Positions 37,001 through 47,399 of a DNA stretch of 64,000 nt are shown here, one piece after another. How positions within the stretch are numbered: the first letter of the stretch is position 1; every line of letters starts with the position of its first letter. The stretch covers positions 1,426,001-1,490,000 of the forward strand of contig NC_087452.1 of NCBI RefSeq assembly GCF_036321535.1, in the 5' to 3' direction. The notes below the pieces were generated by a model, which saw only the letters and a program-made list of their open reading frames with translations, searched no databases and was not told the origin of the DNA. The DNA is from Camelus dromedarius (lineage: Eukaryota). A program made the translations under genes and the position numbers.

Positions 37001-38859
37001 CCTCCGGATGGACGAGATGTCAGGGGCTCTGGGGCAGGCAGGCAGCAGACCTTGGGGAGTGACCAATGGGCATGCTCCCAGAGTCAGGGGGAGGGGGAGA
37101 TTTGAAAGGTGGAGAAGCAATTCCAAAATAGCCTGGGGTCTCCAGCCAGCGGGGCTGAGCAAGACCTGGACCCAGCCAGCTGCTGCCCAGCTGAGGGCTC
37201 CGGCCCCACCGTGCAGGGCCCCCCTCCTACCCCGGCTCCTGGACGCAGCCTCCTGGCCTCCTCCTTCACTCCAATCCCAGACACAAGACACCCTCCTCCT
37301 GCCGCTCAGGGAGTGGGCGCCGTGGCCAGGCCGTGCCCCAGGGGTGCCAGCAGTCAAGCACCCTCCCAGGCGGGAGGCTGTGGGGGAACAGGTGGCCCTG
37401 AGCTGGCCTCTCAGCAGCCGCTCTGCCCCCGTTCTCACTGTAAGCCCTGGGGTAGCTCAGTGACAGCCCCCAGAGATGGCCACGTCCTGAGCCCCTGAAG
37501 CTGGGGGCCACCTCGGACGGCAGAAGGGACTTTGCAGGTGTGATGAAACTCGGGCTCTCTTGAGGAGGAGAGGGCCCTGGCTTCTCCGGTGGGCCTGAGG
37601 AATCACCAGGGTCCTTGTGAGAGGGAAGCGGGCTCCGAGTCAGAGGGAGGGGCTAGGAGACGTTACACTGCTGGCTCTCGAGGAGGAGGATGGGGCCGCA
37701 CGCCAAGGAACACAGGCCGCGTGAGCCCGCGTCTCCCTGAGTCTCAAGAAGGAGCGCAGCCCTGCCCACACCTGATCTGAGCCCAGGGAGGCCCGGCTGG
37801 AGGTTGACCTTCAGGCCCGGAAGAGAGTAAGTGTGGTCGCTTTCAGCCATGAAGTTGGAGGTAGGTTGTTACCAGAGTCACAGAAGTGGATCCAGGCTCC
37901 TTCCCTGAGGAGTCCTAAGGAAAGCGAAGGCCCCGATCACAAAGCAAAAGACGTTCTGGAGGCGAGGAGCGGGGCGGCCTAAAGCGGGGGGCCCCTGGCG
38001 GCTGAAGGGGAGGGCGGAAGGGGCACGTGCAGGGGAGGCGTTGCCCGCCGCCAGTGGGAGGGGCTCTGCGTAGTGGGCAGCAAGGCCGATAAGGAACCTG
38101 AGGCTGGACCCTACCCCTCCTGCCAGAAGCTGGTGCACATCTCACTGGAGGCTGGAGGTCAGCAACCCCCACAACTCCCCACGGGGCCACACTGTCCACC
38201 TGAGACCTGCCAGGGCCGGCGGCAGAAACAGCCCAGCAGAGATGGAGCAGGGGCCTCCACTCCCCGAGCCCCGCGGCCATGGGCATCTACCTCCAGGAGA
38301 GAACACCTGGTGGGAGGCAGCAGGAGGCTGGTGGTCCAGCGACCCGGGACGTTGCCCCCCAGCCGAGCACCCCTCTTCTCCCCGCGAGGCCTGCGCCCCC
38401 TCCCGTGGGGTGGGGTGACAGTCCCACCTGTCCAGTCTGCATGACTTGGAGGGCGGCCACCGGCCACAGTGTGTTGTTTGTGGACAAAGCTTGTGTATCA
38501 CAACACACTTGGAATGATGCCCATTCTAGTTAAAAAGGAAAAATACGTCCACGCACTGTAGAGGTTTCCAAGGTACTGGTTGGGACACTGGGCGAGCCGT
38601 CCCAGTGAGCCTCCGGGGACCTGACTGGGCGTGTCTGCTGGGGTTTAATTCAGCGTTCTTCTGTACATTTTTGATGTGTTACAGTGAGTGCGAGCTGCAA
38701 GGTACATGTCAAATTTGTCACACAGGTGTGTCCAAGCAGAATCGCCCTGTATGTAACCAAATGCTGCTTCTCACTGCACCCACAGCCTCTGGGCTTGGGG
38801 GAATCCACGTGCCCACAGCCATGCCACCCACTGGGGGTGGAACTGTCAGTCCACCAAGT

Positions 38860-39175
38860 CAGGAGAGGGCAGGGCAAGTCCAAACAACAAACAGACCCCA
38901 ACGGGAGGCGGAGTCCTATGACGTCCCACTCATATGAGGGGCCTGGAGCCGTCAAACTCCTAGACACAGAAAGTGGAGGGGGTGCTGGGGGGCGGGGGGG
39001 GCGCCAGTGGTTGGTGGGACAGACTTTCGGTTTGGGGAAGTTGGGAACATTCTGGAGGTGGTGGAGGTGAGGGCTGCACAATGATGTGAGTGTTCTCCGT
39101 GCCTGTGACCTGTGTACCCAGAGGTGTGTAAGATGGTCAGTTTTAAGTTGTGTGTATGTTACTGCAATGATCAGT
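38860..39175 (+). mobile_element. L1M (L1MB-like) 3' fragment
   Basis: gtcaaactcctagacacagaaagt...ggaacattctggaggtgg...gctgcacaatgatgtgagt...aagatggtcagttttaagttgtgtgtatgttac. Confidence 0.75.
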
Positions 39176-40749
39176 ACCTCAATCAATCAATCATCCATTG
39201 CAGGTAAAAGAGGGGGGTGGGAGGTGGGCAAGGCTGAGGTCTGGGGTCTGGCGGGGCTGGGACGTGGTGAAGACTCTACAGGCTGCCACCTGAGGACAGG
39301 GTGGGAAGTTGGAATTTGTCCTGCGTCTGGAGGGGATTCTAATGTTTTCCTGTGAGCCACTGTGGGGAGTCTAGACTTCAGACTACTAGCAGTGACTGAC
39401 TCTAGAACAAGTTAGAAATGATCGTTGCCCTCAGAGGAAAAGAAAGCACTTCGGAGCACTGGAGCAGGGGGGTACCTCCGGCAGAGAAGGCTGGGGCAAG
39501 CGTCAGGTCTCTGGGTCCACAGTGGGAGCTCCCCAGGTCCTCGTGAGATGCCTGGGGGCCGCCAGCACACAGTGGGTGTGCAGATCTGAAGTCAGACCCT
39601 GACGCAGAGGCAGGTTGGGACGATGGCGGACAGCACGGGGAGGGCCGTGGTGGGGTGCTGGGGCTCCCTCCCCATCAGGCAGGGGAGAGTTCCCCAGGGA
39701 GGGCACACAGACCACAGGTGGAACGAGCGGGGTGTCCACCGTGACAGCAGGGCCAGGGTGCCTTGGGGAGGGTCTGAGGCGCCCAGGAGGGGCTGCGTGG
39801 GGCCAGCAGCAGAGCCCGAGGTCCTGTCCCCGCACCTCCCTGGGCCTGGCACCCGGGGAAGACAGATGAAATTTGTTGAACAAATTACAGTGGGGGGTCT
39901 CTTCCCAGGTTCCTGTGCTGTAAGGTGGGCAGGGCCGTGGGGAGGCGTGGGTGACGGGCGGTGGGCAAGGCATGCAGTGGGTGCTCGGCACCCCCTCTGG
40001 CCGCAACATGAGGCTGTTGTTGACTTGGCAAGTTGTGAAGATGTGATTGCAAAGCCAGACCAAGGGCGCTGGCAGCTGCTTGGAAGAAGCAGCTGCTGTC
40101 CCAACTCTGAGCTGAGCTTGGGCCCTGCCTGACCAAGGAGGGACCCTGGGGTCTGCGACCCTGTGGGAGAGGCGGGGGCAGACTGGGGAGGACTCCCCAG
40201 GCCCCAGTGGGGGCACTGGCAGGGCTGCAGCGGGCTCAGTAGGGATCTGGGAAGGGCAGTGGGGCCAGGCACCCCTTCACCCTGCTGTTGCCCCCAGCAG
40301 CCTTGCCGGGGCTGTGCTTGGCTGTGATTCCCTGGTGTCTCTCTGTGTTTCCATCTCTCCTCCCTTGGGCACCATCAAGCTGTCTCCCTCATGTCTCTGT
40401 GCCCCTGCCTCCCCTGGGTCTCTGGGTCCCTCCTTGGCCCCCATGCTCCTGCCCATCCACACCCCACCCACTGCCGTCCCCTCCAGCCCACTCCAGTGCC
40501 CTTATCTGGGTCCAGCCCCTGCACGATTGCTGGGAGCCCATCCCCATGACAACGGGGCAGATGGCCGCTGCGATTAGCCGCTCTCCCTCCCGCCACAGCT
40601 CAATCCGTCTTTGAAATTAAATCAGCTGCGATAACATCAACTGGCCAGGGAAGGGGCGAGGCTGCCTGGGCCCCACCCCGCCGCCCCAGGCCGGGTGCAG
40701 GGAGAGAGGAGGGGGACAGGCGGGCTCTTAGCATGGCTGCGTGACCCCG

Positions 40750-40815
40750 TCCGAGTCTCTAAGCCTCCGAGCCTCAGTTTCCCCATCTGTAAAATGGGGG
40801 CAAATAGCCATCCCT
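40750..40815 (+). mobile_element. MIR core fragment
   Basis: gagcctcagtttccccatctgtaaaatggggg. Confidence 0.8.
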
Positions 40816-41339
40816 CTTCTGGGGGTCAGCACAAGCCTCTGGGAAGAGGGCTAGAGAAGCCTTAGTGGGCGCCAGCAGGGCTGAGAACACGGCCCCCGAT
40901 CCTCAGCCCACAGAGAGGCCAGAGCCCTGGTGTAAGCCCCTGGCCAAGCCTCAGGGCTCACAGGCGGCCACTCAGGCTGTCACAGTCAGCGTGCAGACCT
41001 GGCTCCCTACCTGCTCGTGCATAAGTGAGCCAAGGTACGTCCCTCCCCGGGGCTCTGGTGCCCTCACTTATAAAATGCTCTGGTGTCATTGAGTCCTCAT
41101 GCGGGAGGGACACGCAGGGACACCCTCCTGTCCACCCAGTGATGGGGAGACCCCTCCCTCCCCACAGGATTCAGGACCCTTCAGAGAGCTGGATCCCTGG
41201 ATGGATGTGGGGACCTGGAGTGGGGGATGGAAGAGGGACATGAGGTCTCCCTGAGGACATGGGGGTAGGGGTGAGTGGGGCTGAGCAGAGGGGGGTTTCA
41301 GGCAACATGGTCAGTCTGTGCAGAAGTCCCACTTCAGGA

Positions 41340-41600
41340 AGGAGGGGAGGGGCTGCAGCTCAGAGTGAGGGAGGGTGGGGAGGTGAGCAAAGGCCCAAAG
41401 GGAGGCAGGGAGAGAGGGGGCTACAGGAAGGAAAGCTTGGACTAGTGTTCCAGGCCACAGGCATGGCCAGTGCAAAGGCCCTGAGGCAGGAGTGTGCCAG
41501 GTGTGTATGTAGGGTGGGGAGGAGCCAGCGGGGCTGGAGAAGAATGAGTGACAAGGTAGTCAGGGAGTAGGCTGCCACACAGACCAAGTGAGCAATGACA
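41340..41600 (-). mobile_element. LINE-2 fragment
   Basis: gttccaggccacaggcatggccagtgcaaaggccctgaggcaggagtgtgc. Confidence 0.65.
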
Positions 41601-43425
41601 GGACGCGGTGGCCCCAGTGGGGGTGGGGAGCTACAATCTGAAGGCGGGGCCTTCACCCCCATGAGCCCACCTGGGGCAGGGTCCAGACTGGGGCTAGGCC
41701 AGCACCAGGGCCTCAACGTAGCCCCAAGCCTCAGGGCCCCCCTGCGTGGGAAGCGGGCCTGAGCTGGACCCTATTAGCCAGTCCTAAACCAGGGTGTGTG
41801 TTCTGGATTGTGGGGGCTCTGGGGGCACCCCACTTCCCCACTGCTATAGCCCCAGCACCCACACAGCCAGGCCAGAAGGGGCTCCTGGTGACGTTCTCTT
41901 GGCCAGAGCGTCCTGCCCCTGGGCAGCTTGGTGAGGCCTCCCTCACGAGCTGACACAGAGGGGGCCTCCGAGAATGAATTTAACAGGCCAAGAGGAGATG
42001 GGAAGGGTAGGCCAGGCAGGGGGAACAGCATGCCCAGGACACGACGCTAGGAGTCTGGCACAGGCAGTGCCGGGTCGGGGGGTGGTGAGACGTGCGGCCG
42101 GGAAGGCAGCAGCTGTCAGCACCTTGAGTGTGCATTCCTGGTCACACCTCAGCCTGTCTGGGCTTTGGTCTCTCCATCTGTCAAATGGGGCTAAGAGCTG
42201 AGACAGGGATTCAGAGAAGGGGGTGCAGGACATGTTGCGCGTGTAGCTGGCCCATCAGCCGCCACGCTCGGTCAGCACAGGGGATTGGAGAGGGGACGCC
42301 GTGATCCGTCTGTGCCCCAGAAGGAAGGCGCCAGCTTCAGGTGCGAGGCTCGGAGAAAGGGAGGGGCCGATGGTGAGCCCGGGCCTGGGGCCCTTGGGGT
42401 GTCCAGGAACGCCTGTGCCTCGCAAGCACCCTGATCTCTGCTGTGCACCCAGCCCCAGGACTGTGTGACTTCCGGGCCGCCAGGCCATAAGTGGATTTGC
42501 CCCACAGCTGCCAGGGCTAAGCGGGCCCATGTGACGCAGCCGTGGATGGACAGTAATCGGAGAAATTAGCAGGTCGGCAGGGCCAGAGGTCAGGTGGTTA
42601 ATGCTGTGGTGGGGCTTTGATGAAGTTAGTCCCACCACAAGACCAGGAGCTGGGGTTCGACCTTCTGTGCACCACGGGGCTCTCCTGCTCCTTGGGTAAC
42701 GTGGTTAGGGGGCTCCAGCCACCAGCCTGTCCCAGGAGCTCTGGGACACGGGACCCAAGGAGAAGGCCTGGGCCTGGAGGTGTGGCCACGTTGCCTGTGG
42801 TGTCCGCCTGGCCAGGCACTTGCAGCTCCCAAGGGAGCCTGCAGCCCCTAGAGATCTTGGGGTGAGGCCCATTGGCTCCCTGGAAGAGGCCTTCAACAGG
42901 CCCGTCCTGGAGACCAGCACCCAGGCCCGCTCTAGGCTTCCAGCTCCCACCATGGGTGCTCCTTGTCCAGCTCTGCATCTGGAAATGAGGGTGAACTCCT
43001 CCCTGGTTCTGTCTGCACCCAGGCCGAACCCTCCCCATGGGGTTCAAGGCCTCCCAGTGTCTTCTCCCATCATGAGCTCCAGGGGTTGTCCTCTGAGCAT
43101 ACCCTCAGGTTCTTTCTGTTCCCTGGAACAGTGTGCTTCTACCTTCTTTCACATCTCATCATTTATTAGACACCAACTACATGCCATGCGCTGGGCTAGG
43201 AGCTGAGATGCACAGGGAACAAATTCTGATCAGGCCCGGCCCAACTGCCACTGCAGGCACCTTTCCTGGCCGTGCCCAGCCCGGGAACCAGGGGCCCTGT
43301 CTCTAATCAGCCTGGAACCCTGAAACCTGCAGTCACCACTTTCTCTGGCTCCACTCCAGCCGCCAAGGAACAGGGTTGCCAGAACGCTTCACACACACAC
43401 ACTCAAACGGGCACACCTACTTTCG

Positions 43426-43497
43426 GCTGTTGCTGCAGCTGCTGCTGCTGTTGTTGTTGTTATCATCATCATCATCATCATCTTCATCATCATTATT
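43426..43497. repeat. Compound trinucleotide microsatellite (GCT)n(GTT)n(ATC)n
   Basis: gctgctgctgttgttgttgttatcatcatcatcatcatcatcttcatcatcatt read directly. Confidence 0.95.
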
Positions 43498-43654
43498 TTA
43501 AAGCCAAGCCATCTGGAGTCAATACCCTGGGTGAAATTCTGGCTCAGCCACTTGCCAGCTGTTTGTCTCCTCTCTGTGCCTCAGTCCCCTCTGGTCCACA
43601 GCCCTGTCAGGAGAGCTGTGGGCATTTAGTGAAACAGTGTGCACCCACCTCATC

Positions 43655-43830
43655 GGCCTCTCTGTTCCTCAAACACAGCAGGACTGTTCCTGCCTCAGGG
43701 TCTTTGCACTGGCTCTTCCCTCTGCTCAGAATGCTTTTCCCCCAGACAGTCACATAGGCCACCAGTTCTGATAAAGTCACTCCTCCAAAGGCCTCCTGAG
43801 AACTCCCCTGACCCCATCCTTCCCCAAACA
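43655..43830 (+). mobile_element. LINE-2 fragment
   Basis: gttcctgcctcagggtctttgcactggctcttccctctgctcagaatgcttttcc. Confidence 0.7.
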
Positions 43831-44830
43831 TGTGACCCTTGAGCCAAGCCCCCCTCCCCGCCACGTGGAGTCACTTGAGGGATCACGTGGGAAATCATAC
43901 AGCAGGGTCCCAGTCCTCAGACCACACGCCAGGGTTCTCATGTGTCCACAGTCATGTCTGCCTGCAGTGGGTGTGTGCACCCCACGAACCTCCTCTCCCA
44001 TGTGCCTCCTGCCCACGGCCCAGAAAATTGCTTCAGGGAGGCCCACCACTAGAGCATCAGCTGAGAGGCTGCCAGCTGGGAGCCGCCCACGCTGGGGCCA
44101 CAAGCACCACAGCGGCCAGCGGGGTCCCCACCCCATGCTGCATCTCTGGGGCCGGACCCTACTCCCGTCTCTTCCTGCAGCAGCCCCTCCTGCCAGGCAG
44201 ATGGCTGGGGTCACCATGCACCACAGCACCCCAACCCTCACACTCACACTCAGGAACTTTAACATTCTTTCTTCCAACAAGTAAGTGCCCTGCCCTCGGT
44301 GCCAGGCACTGCTCCAGACACTGGGGACGCAGCGAGGGACAGGCGGGCACGGGCCCTGGTCCCCGGGCCTGCAGTGTGGCCTCGCCAGTAGCCACACAGA
44401 CAACACATCGGGGCCAGGAGACACAGGGGAGGGGCCGTGAGAAGGGTCCTGGCGGAAGGGACGTTTGGGCCGAGGCCTGAAGCTGAGGGGCCTTCACCAG
44501 GGAGCTGGGCGAACAAAGGCCCCGAAGCTGTGAGACATTAGGTGCCGGAGTGGAAGGCGCGGGAGGCCGGGCTCGGGGACGGAGGGGCGGGGAAGGTGGC
44601 AGCGGCCAGGCCTGGGCCTCAGGTCAGGACGAGGCCTTTACCCTCAGGGTCAGGGGGCCACGGAAGCTCTGAAACCGGGGCAGGGCGGCGGGCGCAGGGC
44701 CACCGGGACGACGCTCGCGACTCTCACGGCGACGCAGAGCCTGCCCCCCACCCCCCGCGCCAGCCCGCGGCCCCGCCACGCTGCTCTCCGCCCCGCGGCG
44801 AACCACCGTCTCCACGAACTCGCTGGGCGG

Positions 44831-44836
44831 TTTATT
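44831..44836 (-). terminator. DNAJB8: DNAJB8 polyadenylation signal AATAAA
   Basis: tttatt on the + strand, 30 nt beyond the TAG. Confidence 0.75.
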
Positions 44837-44866
44837 AGGGCGCGGCCGGGGCGGGCGTGGCGGCGC

Positions 44867-45568
44867 CTACTTGCTGTCCACCCGTCTGAGCTGCTCCTTG
44901 CCGTTGACGATCACCGACTTGAGCTGCCCGTCCTCCTCCACCTCCACCCGCTCCTGCCCGTTCTCCACGGTGCGCTTGGTGGTGACCTTGTGTCCATTCA
45001 CCATCTCAGTGGATGACATCACCGACTTGAAGCCCGAGCCGCCAGAGCCCGAGCCCCCGAAGGACGTGGCCGAGAAGGCGGCGCGGCTGGCGCCGCCCGC
45101 GCCGCGGCCCGGGCTGTCGAAGGCCGAGAAGGCCTCCAGGAAGGCCGGGAACTCGCCGAAGCCGGCCGAGAAGGCCCCGCGCAGCCCGTGGCCCCGGCCG
45201 CCGCGCTCGCTGCCGAGCGGGCCGTCCCAGAAGTCAAAGGAGAAGGGGTCCAGGCCCCCGAAGAACTCGCGGAAGATGTCCTCGGGGTTGCGGAAGGTGT
45301 AGCCGCTGCCGAAGGGGCCGCCGTGGGGGCTGCTGGCCCCGCCGGCCCGCCGGCTGTCACGGCCGGCGCGGTCATACGCCGAGCGCCTCCGGCAGTCGGA
45401 CAGGACCTCGTAGGCCTCGGACACCTGCTTGAACCTCCTCTCGGCCTCCTCCTTGTTGCCCGGGTTCTTGTCGGGGTGCCAGCGCAAGGCCAGCCTGCGG
45501 TAGGCCTTCCTGATGTCCTCCGGGGAGGCGCCGGCCTGCAGGCCCAGCACTTCGTAGTGGTTAGCCAT
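44867..45568 (-). CDS. DNAJB8: DnaJ homolog subfamily B member 8 (Hsp40 co-chaperone), intact 233 aa single-exon ORF
   Basis: J-domain with HPD motif (RWHPDKNP), G/F-rich region with [11 protein letters not shown] region and C-terminal [20 protein letters not shown]...GKEQL. Position between EEFSEC and GATA2. Confidence 0.97.
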   Translation of the reverse strand: MANHYEVLGLQAGASPEDIRKAYRRLALRWHPDKNPGNKEEAERRFKQVSEAYEVLSDCRRRSAYDRAGRDSRRAGGASSPHGGPFGSGYTFRNPEDIFREFFGGLDPFSFDFWDGPLGSERGGRGHGLRGAFSAGFGEFPAFLEAFSAFDSPGRGAGGASRAAFSATSFGGSGSGGSGFKSVMSSTEMVNGHKVTTKRTVENGQERVEVEEDGQLKSVIVNGKEQLRRVDSK

Positions 45569-46119
45569 GCCGAGGGCGGGGCGCGGCGGCGGGGCCTGGC
45601 TGGGCTCTGCTGGCTCCGGGCGGCTCTGCGCGGCAAGTCACCCTGTCATAGCACCCCTGCTCAGGGACAGGTGGGCGCCTCCGCTGGAGGGGCGGGGGAG
45701 GGGAGGGCACTGCCGCTGGCCCCCCCCCCCCGGGGCCAGGCCCCCCTGCAGAGCAGGCCAGCCCTTTGTGACATCAGCCCCTGGGCGGGGCAGAGCCCAC
45801 CCCAGCCCTGTGGCATGAGGAGGGGGCTGCCCCCTGCACAGGAGGCCTTGCCTGGGGGGCCCTGGGAGCAGAAGCAGGACCAGCCTTGGGATCTGGGGTC
45901 AGCAACAGGGGTCAGGGAGGGAGCGAGGGCCTCCTGGGCTGCGTCCACTGAGCCCACTAGCTGGATTGTCGGTGTGGAGTGTTGGCCTCAGGTGGGGGAT
46001 CAGGCAGGGTTGGGGGAGCTGGCGCTCACCCTGCTGGCCCCCCATTATCCTGTCATATCCTCTGAGGTGAGCCCCACAAAGGCAGGGATGTTTGTCAGCG
46101 CCTAGGACATGATAGCAGT

Positions 46120-46230
46120 CCATCCACATTTATCAAATGAATGAGGCTCAGAGACATGTGGCAATGTACTCACGGTCACACAGCAAGTCTGAGACAGAGA
46201 TGCAAACACAGGGCTGTCTGAGGCTGTGGT
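46120..46230 (-). mobile_element. MIR fragment
   Basis: aatgaatgaggctcagagac...cacggtcacacagc. Confidence 0.6.
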
Positions 46231-46308
46231 GGACGGCGAGTTACAAGAAGCACCCCAGTCAGTTCTGGTGAGAAATATGGGGAATGATGATAAGGTTAGG
46301 TTAGTGGG

Positions 46309-46743
46309 CGCAGTGGGTTGAAAGGAGGCCCTCCCCAAAAGACAGGTCCCTGATGAATGCCCAGAACCTGCGAACATGATCTTATTGGAGGAAGAGTCTT
46401 TGCAGGTGTAATTAAATTAGGGGTCTCAAGATGGGATCATCCTGGATGGTCTGGGTGGGCCCTAAATCCAGTGCCAACCGTCCTTAGAAGAGATGTGGAG
46501 AGACGCATAGAGAGAAAAAGAGAAGGCAGCATGGAGACGGAGGCAGAGACTGGAGCGAGGGGCGCCAGCAGCGTGCGGACGGCGCAGGACGGGCCAGGAC
46601 CCTCCCTCAGCGCCTGGGACCCCGTGCAGCCCTGATCACACCTCGGTCTGGGGCTCCGGCTCCAGAACTGCAAGGGGATGAACTTATGTGTTTGAAGTCA
46701 CCTGGCTTGTGACAGTTTGCCACGCAGCCCTAGAAATCTGATA
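46309..46743 (+). mobile_element. MLT1 (ERVL-MaLR) solo LTR
   Basis: gtgggttgaa...ccccaaaagac...gtctttgcaggtgtaattaa...gggtgggccctaaatcca...ctccagaactg...gcagccctagaaa follows the MLT1B-D pattern. Confidence 0.85.
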
Positions 46744-47399
46744 AGGTGAGTGAGGTTGCCAAACAAGCCCAGGCCTCTGTGTCTTTCATTCTTGCTCTGA
46801 TGTTGGATCGTATTTGGAAATAGCAGTTGACAATGCTGATCACCACCCCCTCCCACGCCCCAGGTGAGAGCGAGAACGTGCCCACTGCATGCCGACCCCC
46901 TGCAAGGCCCTGAGCTGACTGCTCCCTGGCCCTAGCTGAGACGCACCCCCTTCCTCCTGTCTCCCTCCTGTCCTCTTCCCGTTTCTAGTTTCCATCCCTT
47001 CCTGTTGCTTTCCTCTCTTCTTTCCCCTGAGAGCTCAGGGAGCCGGGTAGATTGCAGGCACCGCAGGGGACAGCCTGCTGGGACAGCCCCTAGTGCTGGG
47101 AGGACTGAAAGCGGATCCAGAGTTGCTGCCCCACCCCTGCCCAGTGATCAGCGCTACTCCACCCTTGCCTTCCTGGGAGCAGGGCCCGCCCTCGGGGCAC
47201 TTCCATCCCCCAACCCCGGCTGGCGTCCTCGGTGAAGGAGGGGTGGCACGGCCACAGGTGGAAATATTTCTGTGTCATTGTAACTCAGCTTCTACCACTG
47301 TAGTTAGAACCCATTCTCCACAGGCTTGTCGCTGGTGCTGAGGAGAGGCGACCGCCTGCCCAATTCTCCGTGGTGACGCGTGCTGGGAGGGGGCTCTGT

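Larger units (their letters stand above)
44560..45760. promoter_or_regulatory. DNAJB8: CpG island covering the DNAJB8 CDS and both flanks
   Basis: Very high CG density across the CDS and ~300 bp past the stop codon. Confidence 0.85.

Noticed and set aside
43272-43757. ORF with poly-Cys/poly-His tract
   Set aside because: Translation of a trinucleotide microsatellite plus MIR/L2 sequence.
44871-46105. Plus-strand ORFs 44871-45302 and 45188-46105, and alternative-frame ORF 45019-45636
   Set aside because: Shadows of the high-GC3 DNAJB8 CDS.
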